Shown: positions 41,975 through 52,368 of the stretch, one piece after another
Position numbering within the stretch: position 1 is the stretch's first letter
Layout of the letters: the number at the start of each line of letters is the position of its first letter
From: Alphaproteobacteria bacterium
GTDB taxonomy: Bacteria > Pseudomonadota > Alphaproteobacteria > UBA6615
NCBI GenBank assembly: GCA_965261975.1
Contig: CBDHEC010000024.1
Location: 1 to 64,000, forward strand
DNA: 64,000 bases
Direction: 5' to 3'
Translations under genes and position numbers: made by a program
Notes under the pieces: generated by a model
Database searches by the model: none
The model's input: the letters and a program-made list of their open reading frames with translations, nothing else
Told to the model about the DNA's origin: nothing

Positions 41975-43812
41975 GACGACCGCCGTTGCAAAATCGATGA
42001 CAGGCCGGCGAGGCCATGCGGCAGCACCACGACGAGCAGGATGATCAGAATGCCCAGACACAATTGCCAGAGATCGGTCAGGCGCGTCAGCTCGGTCTCG
42101 ATCTCCGTCAGCGCAATCGCCCCCAAAATGGGCCCGGCCAGTGACTGCAACCCGCCGAGCAGCACCATCACCAGCCCGTCGACCGAGGTGGAGACAAACA
42201 GGACGTCGGGAAACACGCTGCCCTTGGCGAACGCAAAGAAGCCGCCCGCCACACCGGCTGCGGCACCCGCCAGCGTGAAAGCGAGCCATCGATGCCGGGT
42301 CACGTCCACCCCGATCGCGGCCGAGCGCAGGGCAGAATCGCGGGTCGCACGCAGCGTGTAGCCGAACGGGCTGTAAACCATGTGCCGCAATCCCCAGATC
42401 ACGGCCGCGCACACGGCGAAGGCCAGGTAATAAAAGACGACAGGATCTGCCGCCCAGTCGCTCGGCCAGACACCCAGTATGCCGTTGTCACCGCCCGTGA
42501 AGCCGATCCACTGGAACGCGGCCGACCAGGCGATCTGCGCGAAGGCCAGCGTCAGCATCGCCATATAGATGCCCGACAGCCGCACGCAGAACCAGCCGAA
42601 CAAAAGCGCGCCGGCCGCCCCCGCCAGCGGCGCCAGCAACAACGCCGGGGCCATCCCCAGCGACAGGTGGAACACCGCCAGGCCCGACCCATACGCCCCG
42701 AGCCCGAAATAGGCCGCATGGCCGAAGGTGATCAGCCCGCCGCCCCAGAGAAGGAAATGCAGGCTCGCGGCGAACAGGGCCAGGATCGCGATCTCGGTCA
42801 GCACCACGATCGTGAAATCGCCGATGATCAACGGGGCTGCCACCCCCACGACCAGCAAGGCCAACCAGAAGACCCGGCTGAGACCATCGCCGGCCCGCAA
42901 CGGCGGATCGGGGTTGCGCCGGTCCTCGGCCGTCGTGAACTCCGGCCGCCCGAAAAGTCCGCTCGGCTTCAATACCAGCGTGACCGCCATCACCAGGAAG
43001 ATCAGGACCAGCGTGATCTCGGGAAATATCACCACGCCGAAGGCGAGTAATTCACTGATCAGCACGGCCGCAACGAAGGCGCCCATGATGGACCCCATAC
43101 CGCCGACCACGACGACGACAAATGCATCGACGATGATGTTCAGATCCATCGACAGGCTCGCCGCCTGACGCGGAATCTGCAGCGCACCACCCAGCCCGGC
43201 CAGTGCCGCGCCGAGTATGAAGGCGCCGGTGAACAGCCAGCGTTGATCAATGCCGAGTGCGGCGACCATTTCGCGATCCTCGGTCGCCGCGCGCACAAGC
43301 ACGCCAAACCTCGTATGCCGAAACAACGCCCACAGGCCGCCGAGGACGACAAACGCGATGGCGATCAGAAACAGGTCATACTCGGGAACCGCATGACCGA
43401 GGATCTCGATGGCGCCATCGAGGCCGGGCATGCGCGGCGCAAAAAGATCATCCGCACCCCAGACAATCCGCGTCAGGTCCTGAACAGCGAGCACGACCCC
43501 GAATGTCGCGAGCAGCTGGAACAGTTCGGGGGCACGGTAGATCCGCCGCAGCAGGCCGGTCTCCATAACCGCGCCCAGGCCACCGACAATAATCGCGGCA
43601 AGCAGGATCGCCGCGAGGTAGCCGAGGAAAGTGTCACCGAACGCGGCGGCGAAGCTGAACGCGAGATAGGCGCCGAGCATATAGAGCGAGCCGTGTGCGA
43701 AATTGACGACCCGGGTGACCCCGAACACGATCGACAACCCGACCGCGATCAGGAACAGGGACGCTGCACTGGCCAGTCCCGTGATCGCCTGGACGACAAT
43801 AAAGCTCAACAC
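41971..43812 (-). CDS. Fused LivH-LivM-type ABC permease
   Basis: VNFAHG and VVVGGMGS (LivH half); FGHAAYFG, TGGDNG and SPFG (LivM half). Confidence 0.9.
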   Translation of the reverse strand: MLSFIVVQAITGLASAASLFLIAVGLSIVFGVTRVVNFAHGSLYMLGAYLAFSFAAAFGDTFLGYLAAILLAAIIVGGLGAVMETGLLRRIYRAPELFQLLATFGVVLAVQDLTRIVWGADDLFAPRMPGLDGAIEILGHAVPEYDLFLIAIAFVVLGGLWALFRHTRFGVLVRAATEDREMVAALGIDQRWLFTGAFILGAALAGLGGALQIPRQAASLSMDLNIIVDAFVVVVVGGMGSIMGAFVAAVLISELLAFGVVIFPEITLVLIFLVMAVTLVLKPSGLFGRPEFTTAEDRRNPDPPLRAGDGLSRVFWLALLVVGVAAPLIIGDFTIVVLTEIAILALFAASLHFLLWGGGLITFGHAAYFGLGAYGSGLAVFHLSLGMAPALLLAPLAGAAGALLFGWFCVRLSGIYMAMLTLAFAQIAWSAAFQWIGFTGGDNGILGVWPSDWAADPVVFYYLAFAVCAAVIWGLRHMVYSPFGYTLRATRDSALRSAAIGVDVTRHRWLAFTLAGAAAGVAGGFFAFAKGSVFPDVLFVSTSVDGLVMVLLGGLQSLAGPILGAIALTEIETELTRLTDLWQLCLGILIILLVVVLPHGLAGLSSILQRRSS

Positions 43813-43875
43813 ATCCTCCGGCGCCGTGGCCTGTCCAGGCGCCGCTCCCCCGGGCTGGCGGGGCGACCCGTGACG

Positions 43876-45096
43876 TTACTTGGCGGTTCGAAGTTTACGG
43901 ACCGTCGCGTCGTCGGGCAGATAGTCGGCGCCATTCGCATAGCGGAAATCCACCATGACGCCCTTCCCGTCAACCTTTGCGGTACGCCCCACATAAGCGC
44001 CCATCGTCGATTGATGGTCGATCGCGCGATAGGTGATCGGGCCGAACGGCGTGTCGAGCTCGAGATCCTTCATCGCCGCGACCATCGCATCGGTCTCGCT
44101 CGAGCCGGCCTTCTCGAGCATGGCGGCGATCGTCAGGATCGTGTTGTAACCGACGATCGAGCCCGCCCGCGGGTAATCGTTGAACCGCTTGCTGTAGGCG
44201 TCGAGAAAAGCCTTGTGCCCGGCATCATCGATCAACTGCCAGGGATATCCGGTAACGATCCAGCCCTCCGGCGCCTCGCCCTTGAGCGCGTCGAGATACT
44301 CCGGCTCCCCCGTCAACAGGCTGACCACCTCGCGGTCCTGGAACAGGCCACGCAATTGTCCCTCGCGCACGAACTTCGCCAGGTCGATCGAGAAGGTCAC
44401 GTTGAAGATCGCATCGGGCTTGGCCTGGGCAATCGCCTGCACGGTCGCACCCGCATCAAGCTTGAACAGCGCCGGCCACTGCTGGCCGACGAACTCGACG
44501 TCCGGGCGCAAACTCTTGAGCACATCCTGGAAGGCCTTCACCGCCGACTGACCATATTCATAGTTCGGTGCAACCGTCGCCCAGCGCTTTGCCGGCAGCT
44601 TGGCCGCCTCCTCGGCGAGCATCGCGGCCTGCATATAGGTCGAGGGACGCAGCCGGAACGTATAGTCGTTCCCCTTCGCCCAAACGATGGCGTCCGACAG
44701 GGGCTCCGAGGCGACGAACAAAACCTTGTTGCGCGCGGCAAAGTCGGCCACCGCGAGACCTATATGCGACAGGAACGTGCCGGCGATCAGGTCGACCTTC
44801 TCACGCCGCACGAGTTCCTCGGCAAACTTCACCGCGTCAGCGGGTTTCGCGCCGTCGTCGCGCGAGATGACCTCGAGCTTGCGGCCCAGCACGCCGCCAT
44901 TCGCGTTGACCTGCTCGACCGCGAGTTGCCAGCCGTTGCGGTAGGGCACGGTGAAGGAGGCCAGCGGACCGGTGTAGCTGTTGATCTCGCCAATCCGGAT
45001 CGGATCCTGCTGGGCCTGGACGACTGGCGCGGATGTCAGGGCCAGCAATGCCGCAGCGGCGGCGATGAAATAGTTGCGAAAGCGCATGCGCAGCAT
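43876..45096 (-). CDS. ABC substrate-binding protein (LivK/periplasmic binding protein type 1)
   Basis: Signal peptide ending VQA; IRIGEINSY, NANGGVLGRK and FRL motifs. Confidence 0.9.
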   Translation of the reverse strand: MLRMRFRNYFIAAAAALLALTSAPVVQAQQDPIRIGEINSYTGPLASFTVPYRNGWQLAVEQVNANGGVLGRKLEVISRDDGAKPADAVKFAEELVRREKVDLIAGTFLSHIGLAVADFAARNKVLFVASEPLSDAIVWAKGNDYTFRLRPSTYMQAAMLAEEAAKLPAKRWATVAPNYEYGQSAVKAFQDVLKSLRPDVEFVGQQWPALFKLDAGATVQAIAQAKPDAIFNVTFSIDLAKFVREGQLRGLFQDREVVSLLTGEPEYLDALKGEAPEGWIVTGYPWQLIDDAGHKAFLDAYSKRFNDYPRAGSIVGYNTILTIAAMLEKAGSSETDAMVAAMKDLELDTPFGPITYRAIDHQSTMGAYVGRTAKVDGKGVMVDFRYANGADYLPDDATVRKLRTAK

Positions 45097-45340
45097 GGTC
45101 GCGGTCTCCTGTGCAATCGGTGGCAAGTTGCGACGCGTTGATCGCGTCCTTCCGTTCCCTTGAAATCGGTGGATCACGACCCACCGGCCAGACACATATA
45201 CTCAATGTGAGATCAAGGTTCAACGACAATCGGATACCCTGCGAATCGCGCGCGCGGATACCCTCCAAATCAGTTGGCGAGATGGGATGGCAGACGCCAA
45301 TCGGTTTGGATATAGTCCAGCCGAGTTCTAGGGAGGAATC

Positions 45341-46642
45341 ATGACAATCAATGTTGCCGTCATCGGCGCAGGGCCGAGCGGATTTTACACGGTCGATGCC
45401 TTGCTCAAGGGCGATCAAGACGTCCGGGTCGATATCATCGAACGTTTGCCGACACCCTTCGGATTGATCCGTGGTGGTGTCGCACCGGATCACCAGACAA
45501 CGAAAAAAGTTGCCCGCGTCTATGAAAAGACAGCGTTGCGTGACGGTGTCGGTTATTACGGCAACGTCGAGGTCGGCCGCGATGTCACGATGGCGGAGTT
45601 GCAGGAGATGTACGACGCAGTCGTGCTGGCCGTCGGCGCACCGCGCGATCGCAAGCTTGGAATCCCCGGCGAGGACAAGACGGGCGTTTTCGGCTCGGCC
45701 GACTTCGTGGGCTGGTACAACGGGCATCCCGACTTCACGGACCTGCAGCCGGACTTGAACACCGGCACGGTGGTTGTCATCGGCCAGGGCAATGTCGCCG
45801 TCGACGTCGCCCGGGTGCTGGTCAAGACGCCGGAAGAAATGACCGAGACCGATATTGCCGATCACGCGGCCGACGCCGTCGAGGCCTCGCCCATCGCCGA
45901 CGTGTATATGGTCGGTCGGCGCGGCCCGATCGAAGCGAAGTTCACGAATGTCGAACTGCGCGAGATGGGCAAGTTGGACGATTGTCAGCCTGTCATCGAT
46001 CCGGGCCAGCTGCCCGACGAGGTCACCGGCGACTGGTCCGATCGGGACAAGCGCCTCAAGGACCGCAACCTCGCGACGATGAAGGAATTTCCCGACGTCG
46101 ACCCGGCGGGCAAGTCGAAGCGCGTCCATTTCACCTTCTATGCGAAACCGATCGAGATTCTCGGCGGCGACAAGGTGGAAGGCATCCGGATGGAACACAC
46201 CCGTGTCGAGGATGGTCGCTCGGTGGGAACCGGCGAATTTTTCGAAATCGAATGTGGCCTGGTCATTCCGGCGATCGGCTATTTCTCCGATCCGTTCCCC
46301 GGCGTGCCGTTCGACGCCGATAACGGCATCGTGGTGCATGACGAGGGCCGGGTCAGCGACGGCGTCTATGCGGTCGGCTGGATCAAGCGCGGTCCGACCG
46401 GCGTGATCGGCACCAACAAGCCCGACGGAGACATCGCCGCGACGCAGATCTTCGAGGACATCGCGGACGGTACGAAGCCCGGCCGCGAGGCGCTGGAAGC
46501 ATTGCTGAAGGACCGCGATGTTCGCTGTCTGACCTATCAGGACTGGCAGACAATCGACGCCGCCGAAGTGGCGGCGGCGAAGCCTGGCGCGCCACGGCGG
46601 AAATTCGTGACCATCGACACGATGATCGACGCTCTTGACTGA
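45341..46642 (+). CDS. Ferredoxin-NADP+ reductase, adrenodoxin reductase/FprA type
   Basis: IGAGPSG, PFGLIRGGVAPDH, WYNGHP, GQGNVAVD and GWIKRGPTGVIGTN motifs. Confidence 0.9.
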   Translation: MTINVAVIGAGPSGFYTVDALLKGDQDVRVDIIERLPTPFGLIRGGVAPDHQTTKKVARVYEKTALRDGVGYYGNVEVGRDVTMAELQEMYDAVVLAVGAPRDRKLGIPGEDKTGVFGSADFVGWYNGHPDFTDLQPDLNTGTVVVIGQGNVAVDVARVLVKTPEEMTETDIADHAADAVEASPIADVYMVGRRGPIEAKFTNVELREMGKLDDCQPVIDPGQLPDEVTGDWSDRDKRLKDRNLATMKEFPDVDPAGKSKRVHFTFYAKPIEILGGDKVEGIRMEHTRVEDGRSVGTGEFFEIECGLVIPAIGYFSDPFPGVPFDADNGIVVHDEGRVSDGVYAVGWIKRGPTGVIGTNKPDGDIAATQIFEDIADGTKPGREALEALLKDRDVRCLTYQDWQTIDAAEVAAAKPGAPRRKFVTIDTMIDALD

Positions 46643-46793
46643 CTGGCAAAACACCTTAGTTGGGCCTTTAAGGCACCAGTTTATGCTTGAAACGAGCACA
46701 CAGGCGGATGAATGTAGCGCCGCGCAACGAGACGTGCGTGCATCCGAACATTAATCTGAATTCAAAGCCGAGTTTACGGGAAGGAAATACCCG

Positions 46794-48662
46794 ATGTCTG
46801 AGGTAGCGGCCGTCGAAAGGCCGGAAGAGAAACGCCACGAAATTGAATCCGCGGTTGTAAGATTCGCAGGTGATTCCGGTGACGGCATGCAGCTCACCGG
46901 CAGCCAGTTCACCATGACCGCGGCAATCGCCGGCAACGACCTGGCCACCTTCCCCGATTTCCCCGCCGAGATTCGCGCCCCTGCGGGCACGACCTTCGGC
47001 GTCTCGGCGTTCCAGATTAATTTTGGTGCCCGCAAGATCATGACCTCGGGCGACCTGCTCGACGTGCTGGTGGTGATGAACCCCGCCGCACTCGTGACCA
47101 ATCTCGCGGACGTGAAACCGAACGGCATCGTCATCGCCGATTCCGGCGCCTTCACCGACCGCAACCTGACCAAGGCGGGCTACACGGAAAACCCGCTCGA
47201 GAATGACAGCCTCGACGGCTACCGGCTGGTCAAGATCGACATGTCCCGCCTCACCGTCGAAGCGGTCAAGGAATTCGGGCTGTCCAACAAGGAAGCGCTG
47301 CGCTCCAAGAACATGTGGGCGCTCGGCCTCGTTTATTGGATGTACGGCCGCAAGCGGCAGGCCTCGGTCGACTGGCTCGAAGCGAAGTTCGCCAAGAACC
47401 CGGATGTCGCCAAGGCGAATATCGCGGCGCTCAATGCCGGCCACGCCTTCGGCGAGACCGCCGAGATGCCGGCCGAGCTGGGCACCTTCGATGTCGAGCC
47501 GGCCAAGATCGAACCCGGCCTGTATCGGACGATCACAGGTGCAGAATCGGTCTCCCTCGGGCTGCTCGCAGGCTCCCTGCTCGCCGATCTGAAGATCGCC
47601 TTCTGCTCCTACCCGATCACGCCGGCCTCTGCCCTGCTGCATCAGCTGGCGCGGATGAAGGAGTTCGGCGTCGTGACCTTCCAGGCGGAAGACGAGATCG
47701 CCGCCGCCGCGGCCGCCATCGGGGCCTCCTATGCCGGCTCACTGGGCATCACCTCGAGCTCCGGCCCGGGCATCGCGCTCAAGATGGAGGCAATCGGCCT
47801 GGCCATCGCCACCGAGCTTCCCCTGGTCGTGATCAACTCCCAGCGCGCAGGTCCGTCGACCGGGCTGCCAACCAAGACCGAACAATCGGACCTGTATCAG
47901 GCCGTATATGGCCGCAACGGCGATGCGCCGATGCCGGTGATTTCGGTCTCGACGCCGTCCGACGGGTATGAGGTGGCCATCGAGGCCATCCGTATCGCGA
48001 CGAAATACATGACCCCGGTCATGGTCCTGACGGATGGCTACATCACCAATGCATCCGAACCCTGGCTGATCCCCGACGCGGACGATGCCGAGCGCTTCGA
48101 CGTCAGTTTCCGCACCGATCCGGAGAACTTCCAACCCTTCATGCGCGACGACGAAACCCTCGCGCGTCCTTGGGTCAAGCCGGGCACGCCGGACCTGATG
48201 CATCGGATCGGCGGCATCGAGCGCTCCTACGACAGCGGTCATATTTCCTACGATCCGGAAAACCATCAGAAGATGACCGATGTGCGCGCCGCGAAGGTGC
48301 TCGGGATCGCCGACGACATTCCCGAACAGACGGTCAGTGTCGGTGAGGCCGGCGCCAAGCTCGCGGTCGTGGGCTGGGGCTCGACCTACGGGCCGATCAA
48401 CCGCGCCGTCAACAACATGCGCGACGATGGGCTGGACGTGGCACAGATTCACCTGCGCTACATCTGGCCGCTGCCGCGCAACCTCGAGGCACTTCTCGGC
48501 ACCTTCGACCAGATCCTGGTGCCGGAAATGAACACCGGTCAGTTGCGCACCCTGTTGCGTGACCAGTTCCTCTTGCCCGCTGAAGGGCTCAACAAAGTCA
48601 ACGGCAAGCCGTTCCTCATCGGAGAGCTTGAAGACGCAATCCGCGCCCGGCTGGAGAAGTAG
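46794..48662 (+). CDS. korA: 2-oxoacid:ferredoxin oxidoreductase alpha subunit (fused gamma-alpha)
   Basis: RFAGDSGDGMQ, YPITPAS, QAEDEIA and QRAGPSTGLPTK motifs. Confidence 0.9.
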   Translation: MSEVAAVERPEEKRHEIESAVVRFAGDSGDGMQLTGSQFTMTAAIAGNDLATFPDFPAEIRAPAGTTFGVSAFQINFGARKIMTSGDLLDVLVVMNPAALVTNLADVKPNGIVIADSGAFTDRNLTKAGYTENPLENDSLDGYRLVKIDMSRLTVEAVKEFGLSNKEALRSKNMWALGLVYWMYGRKRQASVDWLEAKFAKNPDVAKANIAALNAGHAFGETAEMPAELGTFDVEPAKIEPGLYRTITGAESVSLGLLAGSLLADLKIAFCSYPITPASALLHQLARMKEFGVVTFQAEDEIAAAAAAIGASYAGSLGITSSSGPGIALKMEAIGLAIATELPLVVINSQRAGPSTGLPTKTEQSDLYQAVYGRNGDAPMPVISVSTPSDGYEVAIEAIRIATKYMTPVMVLTDGYITNASEPWLIPDADDAERFDVSFRTDPENFQPFMRDDETLARPWVKPGTPDLMHRIGGIERSYDSGHISYDPENHQKMTDVRAAKVLGIADDIPEQTVSVGEAGAKLAVVGWGSTYGPINRAVNNMRDDGLDVAQIHLRYIWPLPRNLEALLGTFDQILVPEMNTGQLRTLLRDQFLLPAEGLNKVNGKPFLIGELEDAIRARLEK

Positions 48663-48663
48663 A

Positions 48664-49689
48664 ATGAACGTCCAAAGCCCCCCGGAAAAACTGACGGCCC
48701 GCGACTTCGCGACCGACCAGGAAGTTCGCTGGTGCCCTGGTTGTGGCGACTACGCCATCCTCAAGGGCGTCCAGAACACGCTGGCGCAGCTGGAAGCCGA
48801 CCCCAAGAACACGGTCTTCGTGTCTGGTATCGGCTGCGCGGCGCGCTTCCCTTATTACATGGAGACCTATGGTTTCCACACGATCCATGGCCGCTCGCCG
48901 GCGGTGGCGTCGGGCGTGAAGCTCGCCAACCCCGAGCTCGATGTCTGGGTCGTGGGCGGCGACGGCGACATGCTGTCGATCGGCGGCAACCACACAATGC
49001 ATGCGATCCGCCGCAACATCGACCTGCAGATCCTGCTCTTCAACAACCAGATCTACGGCTTGACCAAGGGTCAGTATTCGCCGACATCCAAGATCGGCAC
49101 CAAGTCGCCCTCGACCCCGCTCGGATCGATCGACAACCCGGTCTCGGCGGCCCAGTTCGCGCTCGGCGTGGGCGGCACCTTCATCGCCCGCTCCTCGGAC
49201 ATTCTGCAGAAGCATCTGCCCGAGGTCCTCAAACGTGCTTACAAGCACAAGGGTGCCTCCTTCGTTGAAATCTTCCAGAACTGCATCGTCTACAACGACG
49301 GTGCCTTCAAGCACTTCACCGAGAAGAGCGTTCAGGAAGAAATGCAGATTCATGTGGAGCATGGTGAGCCCCTACTCTTCGGCAAGGAGAAGTCGAAAGG
49401 CCTGATCCTGAACAAGGAGGAGATGCGCCTTGAGGTGGTCACGCTCGGCGAGAACGGCGTCACCCTCGACGATATTGCCATCCATGATGAGACCAACCGC
49501 GGCCTCGCCACGATGCTGGCCCAGATGGATCCGCCGAACTATCCGGTCGCACTCGGCGTTCTCTATGCCGAGCCTGCACCCACCTACGAGACTTCCGTGC
49601 ACACCCAGATCGAGCAGGCATCAAAAGATGCCGACAAGCCCGATATCAACAAACTGCTGCAGCGCGGTCAGACCTGGACTGTCGAGTAA
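48664..49689 (+). CDS. korB: 2-oxoacid:ferredoxin oxidoreductase beta subunit
   Basis: WCPGCG, SGIGC, GDGD and NNQIYGLTKGQ motifs. Confidence 0.9.
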   Translation: MNVQSPPEKLTARDFATDQEVRWCPGCGDYAILKGVQNTLAQLEADPKNTVFVSGIGCAARFPYYMETYGFHTIHGRSPAVASGVKLANPELDVWVVGGDGDMLSIGGNHTMHAIRRNIDLQILLFNNQIYGLTKGQYSPTSKIGTKSPSTPLGSIDNPVSAAQFALGVGGTFIARSSDILQKHLPEVLKRAYKHKGASFVEIFQNCIVYNDGAFKHFTEKSVQEEMQIHVEHGEPLLFGKEKSKGLILNKEEMRLEVVTLGENGVTLDDIAIHDETNRGLATMLAQMDPPNYPVALGVLYAEPAPTYETSVHTQIEQASKDADKPDINKLLQRGQTWTVE

Positions 49690-49818
49690 ACAGCGACACC
49701 GAGCAATAAGCCCGCCCGTCGGTCGCAATCCTGCGACCGATGGGCGCGGCGCCTTGCCCCCATCTCCATGACGCACCAGATTGACCCTGCACCGGATGCG
49801 GGCAACTGACGCGAGATC

Positions 49819-50874
49819 ATGACCACAACCAGTAACACCGAATTTACCGGCCCCCGCCAACGCGCCAATGACCTCGCCATTGGCCGGTGGCTGCTGCTCT
49901 GCGCCGGGATGGTTCTCGCCATGATCGTCATTGGCGGGATCACGCGGCTAACCGAATCCGGCCTTTCGATTGTCGACTGGCGTCCGGTCACGGGCTTCCT
50001 GCCGCCCCTTTCCGACGACGCCTGGGAGCGGGCCTTCCAGCTCTATCGGACGAGCCCGCAATATCTCGAGATCAACGCCGGCATGACGATGGCGGAGTTC
50101 CGCGAAATCTTCTGGTGGGAATATATCCACCGGGCCTGGGGCCGGCTGATCGGACTGGTCTTCTTCCTGCCCTTTGTCTGGTTCCTGATCCGCGGCCGGG
50201 TGCGGAAATCGCTGGTGCCGCGCCTGATCGGGTTGTTCCTGCTCGGCGGCGCGCAGGGGGTGCTTGGCTGGTACATGGTGCGCAGCGGCCTCGTCGATGT
50301 CCCCGAGGTCAGCCAGTACCGGCTCGCCGCACATCTGTCTCTCGCGTTCCTGATCTACGCCGCGCTCGTCTGGACGGGTCTCTCGCTGATCTACCCCGAC
50401 CCGGTCACGATTACCGATCGGATGGGCAGGCAAGTCCGGCGCTTGGCGCTGATCGCGCTGGTGCTGATCGCCGTGACAATCCTGTCGGGTGCGTTCGTCG
50501 CCGGCACCGATGCGGGCCTTATCTTCAACAGCTTCCCGCTGATCGAGGGCGCCATCCTGCCGCCGGACTATTTCAACCACCCCGCCGCGCCGTTCGAGGA
50601 TCACGGCACGGTCCAGTTTCACCATCGTGTACTGGCGCTCGTCAGCCTCGCCGCCGTGGCAACACTCTGGTGGCGCAGCCGCTGGCTGGCGCTGACACCC
50701 CGGGCACGCAGGGTCGTGAATGCGCTGATGATCGTTGCATTGCTTCAGGTCGCGCTCGGCATCACGACGCTGGTGCTCGTGGTCCCGATCCACGTCGCCG
50801 CCTGCCATCAGGCCGGCGCGGTTTTGCTGTTCACGATGATCTTGTGGTTCACCCACGAACTGCGTGGCCATTAA
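49819..50874 (+). CDS. ctaA: Heme A synthase (COX15/CtaA type 2)
   Basis: GGITRLTESGLSI, EYIHR, VSQYRLAAH, QFHHR and HQ motifs. Confidence 0.93.
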   Translation: MTTTSNTEFTGPRQRANDLAIGRWLLLCAGMVLAMIVIGGITRLTESGLSIVDWRPVTGFLPPLSDDAWERAFQLYRTSPQYLEINAGMTMAEFREIFWWEYIHRAWGRLIGLVFFLPFVWFLIRGRVRKSLVPRLIGLFLLGGAQGVLGWYMVRSGLVDVPEVSQYRLAAHLSLAFLIYAALVWTGLSLIYPDPVTITDRMGRQVRRLALIALVLIAVTILSGAFVAGTDAGLIFNSFPLIEGAILPPDYFNHPAAPFEDHGTVQFHHRVLALVSLAAVATLWWRSRWLALTPRARRVVNALMIVALLQVALGITTLVLVVPIHVAACHQAGAVLLFTMILWFTHELRGH

Positions 50875-50904
50875 ACAGCCCGACCGGTTTGACTCAATCG
50901 AGGT

Positions 50905-52356
50905 TCAGGCGGTCTCGTTTCGGATCGACTTATAGGCGTCGAGCGCGCGGTTTCGCGCGGCTGCATGGTCAACCATCGGTTTCGGGTAACTCTCGCCGAG
51001 AACCACTCCCGCCACATCCAGCACTTGGCCCGGCGCCATCCAGGGTTTGTGAACCCACTTGTCGGGTAGATCGGCAAGCTCCGGAACCCAGCGCCGCACA
51101 TAATTGCCCGAAGGGTCGAACTTCTCGCCCTGGGTGATCGGATTGAAGATCCGGAAAAACGGCGAAGCGTCCGCCCCCGACCCCGCGACCCACTGCCAGT
51201 TGCAGGCGTTGTTTGCCAAATCTGCATCAACGAGCGTGTCCCAGAACCAGGCCTCGCCCGCGCGCCAGTCGATCATCAGGTCCTTGATCAGGAACGACGC
51301 AACGATCATGCGCACCCGGTTGTGCATGAAACCAGTGTACCAGAGTTCCCGTATGCCGGCGTCGACCAGCGGATAACCCGTCTCGCCGCGTTGCCACACC
51401 GCCAGGCCATCCGGGTCATCGCGCCAGGGGAACCGGTCGAAAAATTCGCGCCAGTTCGACGTCGCGATTCCGGGAAAATGAAACAGCAGGTGATGATTGA
51501 AGTCCCGCCATGCGAGCTCGCGCAACAACGCCTCGGCGCCCGCGGCGATTCCACCGCTCCTGTCCAGGTACGGGGCAGCCGCACGCCACACCCGATGCGG
51601 GCTGATCTCGCCGAAATGCAGATGGGGTGAAAGGCGTGAGGTCCCCGGCCGGTCGGGCCTGTCCCGATCGTTCGGATAGTCGGCCACAGCCTCGTCCAGA
51701 AACTCCGTCATTCGATCCAGCGCGGCGCGCTCCCCGACCCGCCAGCTCTCGCGAAGTCCACCCGCCCAGTCGGACCTGGAGGGCAGCAGCGCCCAATCGG
51801 CTATTTCGCCCGCCGCAACACTCCTCGCGGCAGGCAACCTGTCCGGCACATCGGCAATATCCGGTGCTTGATACAGCTCGCGCAGGCGCCGCCAATAGGG
51901 TGTGAACACCTTGTAGGGGCCGCCCTGCCCGGTCTCGATCTCCCAGGGCTCGATCAGCAGGGAACCATTGAAACTCTCTGCCTCGACCCCCGCTTCGCGC
52001 AGCATCGCCTTGACCGCCGTGTCCCGCGCGATCGACCCGGGCTCGTAGCACCGGTTCCAGACGACCTCGACCGCGTTCACTTCATCGATGAGCCGGGCCA
52101 GTTCCACCGCCGCGGCGCCCCGGCGCAGCACAAGCTGCAATCCACGATCACGCAGGTCGGACGACAGCGAGTCGAGACTATGGTGCAGCCACCAGCGCGA
52201 CGCGCCGCCCAGTTGGCGCATATCCGGGCTGTCCTCGTCCAGAATATAGAGCGGCAGGATCGGCCGGCCGGACACGACGGCGGCGGCCAGGGCCGGATTA
52301 TCGGCGAGGCGCAGATCCTGGCGGAACCAGACGATGACGGGGTTTTCGGAAGGCAT
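50905..52356 (-). CDS. phr: CPD DNA photolyase
   Basis: WFRQDLRLADNPAL, TSRLSPHLHFGEIS, TGYPLVDAG, MHNRVRM and WQWVAG...FRIFNP motifs. Confidence 0.93.
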   Translation of the reverse strand: MPSENPVIVWFRQDLRLADNPALAAAVVSGRPILPLYILDEDSPDMRQLGGASRWWLHHSLDSLSSDLRDRGLQLVLRRGAAAVELARLIDEVNAVEVVWNRCYEPGSIARDTAVKAMLREAGVEAESFNGSLLIEPWEIETGQGGPYKVFTPYWRRLRELYQAPDIADVPDRLPAARSVAAGEIADWALLPSRSDWAGGLRESWRVGERAALDRMTEFLDEAVADYPNDRDRPDRPGTSRLSPHLHFGEISPHRVWRAAAPYLDRSGGIAAGAEALLRELAWRDFNHHLLFHFPGIATSNWREFFDRFPWRDDPDGLAVWQRGETGYPLVDAGIRELWYTGFMHNRVRMIVASFLIKDLMIDWRAGEAWFWDTLVDADLANNACNWQWVAGSGADASPFFRIFNPITQGEKFDPSGNYVRRWVPELADLPDKWVHKPWMAPGQVLDVAGVVLGESYPKPMVDHAAARNRALDAYKSIRNETA

Positions 52357-52368
52357 GAACTTGGTACG

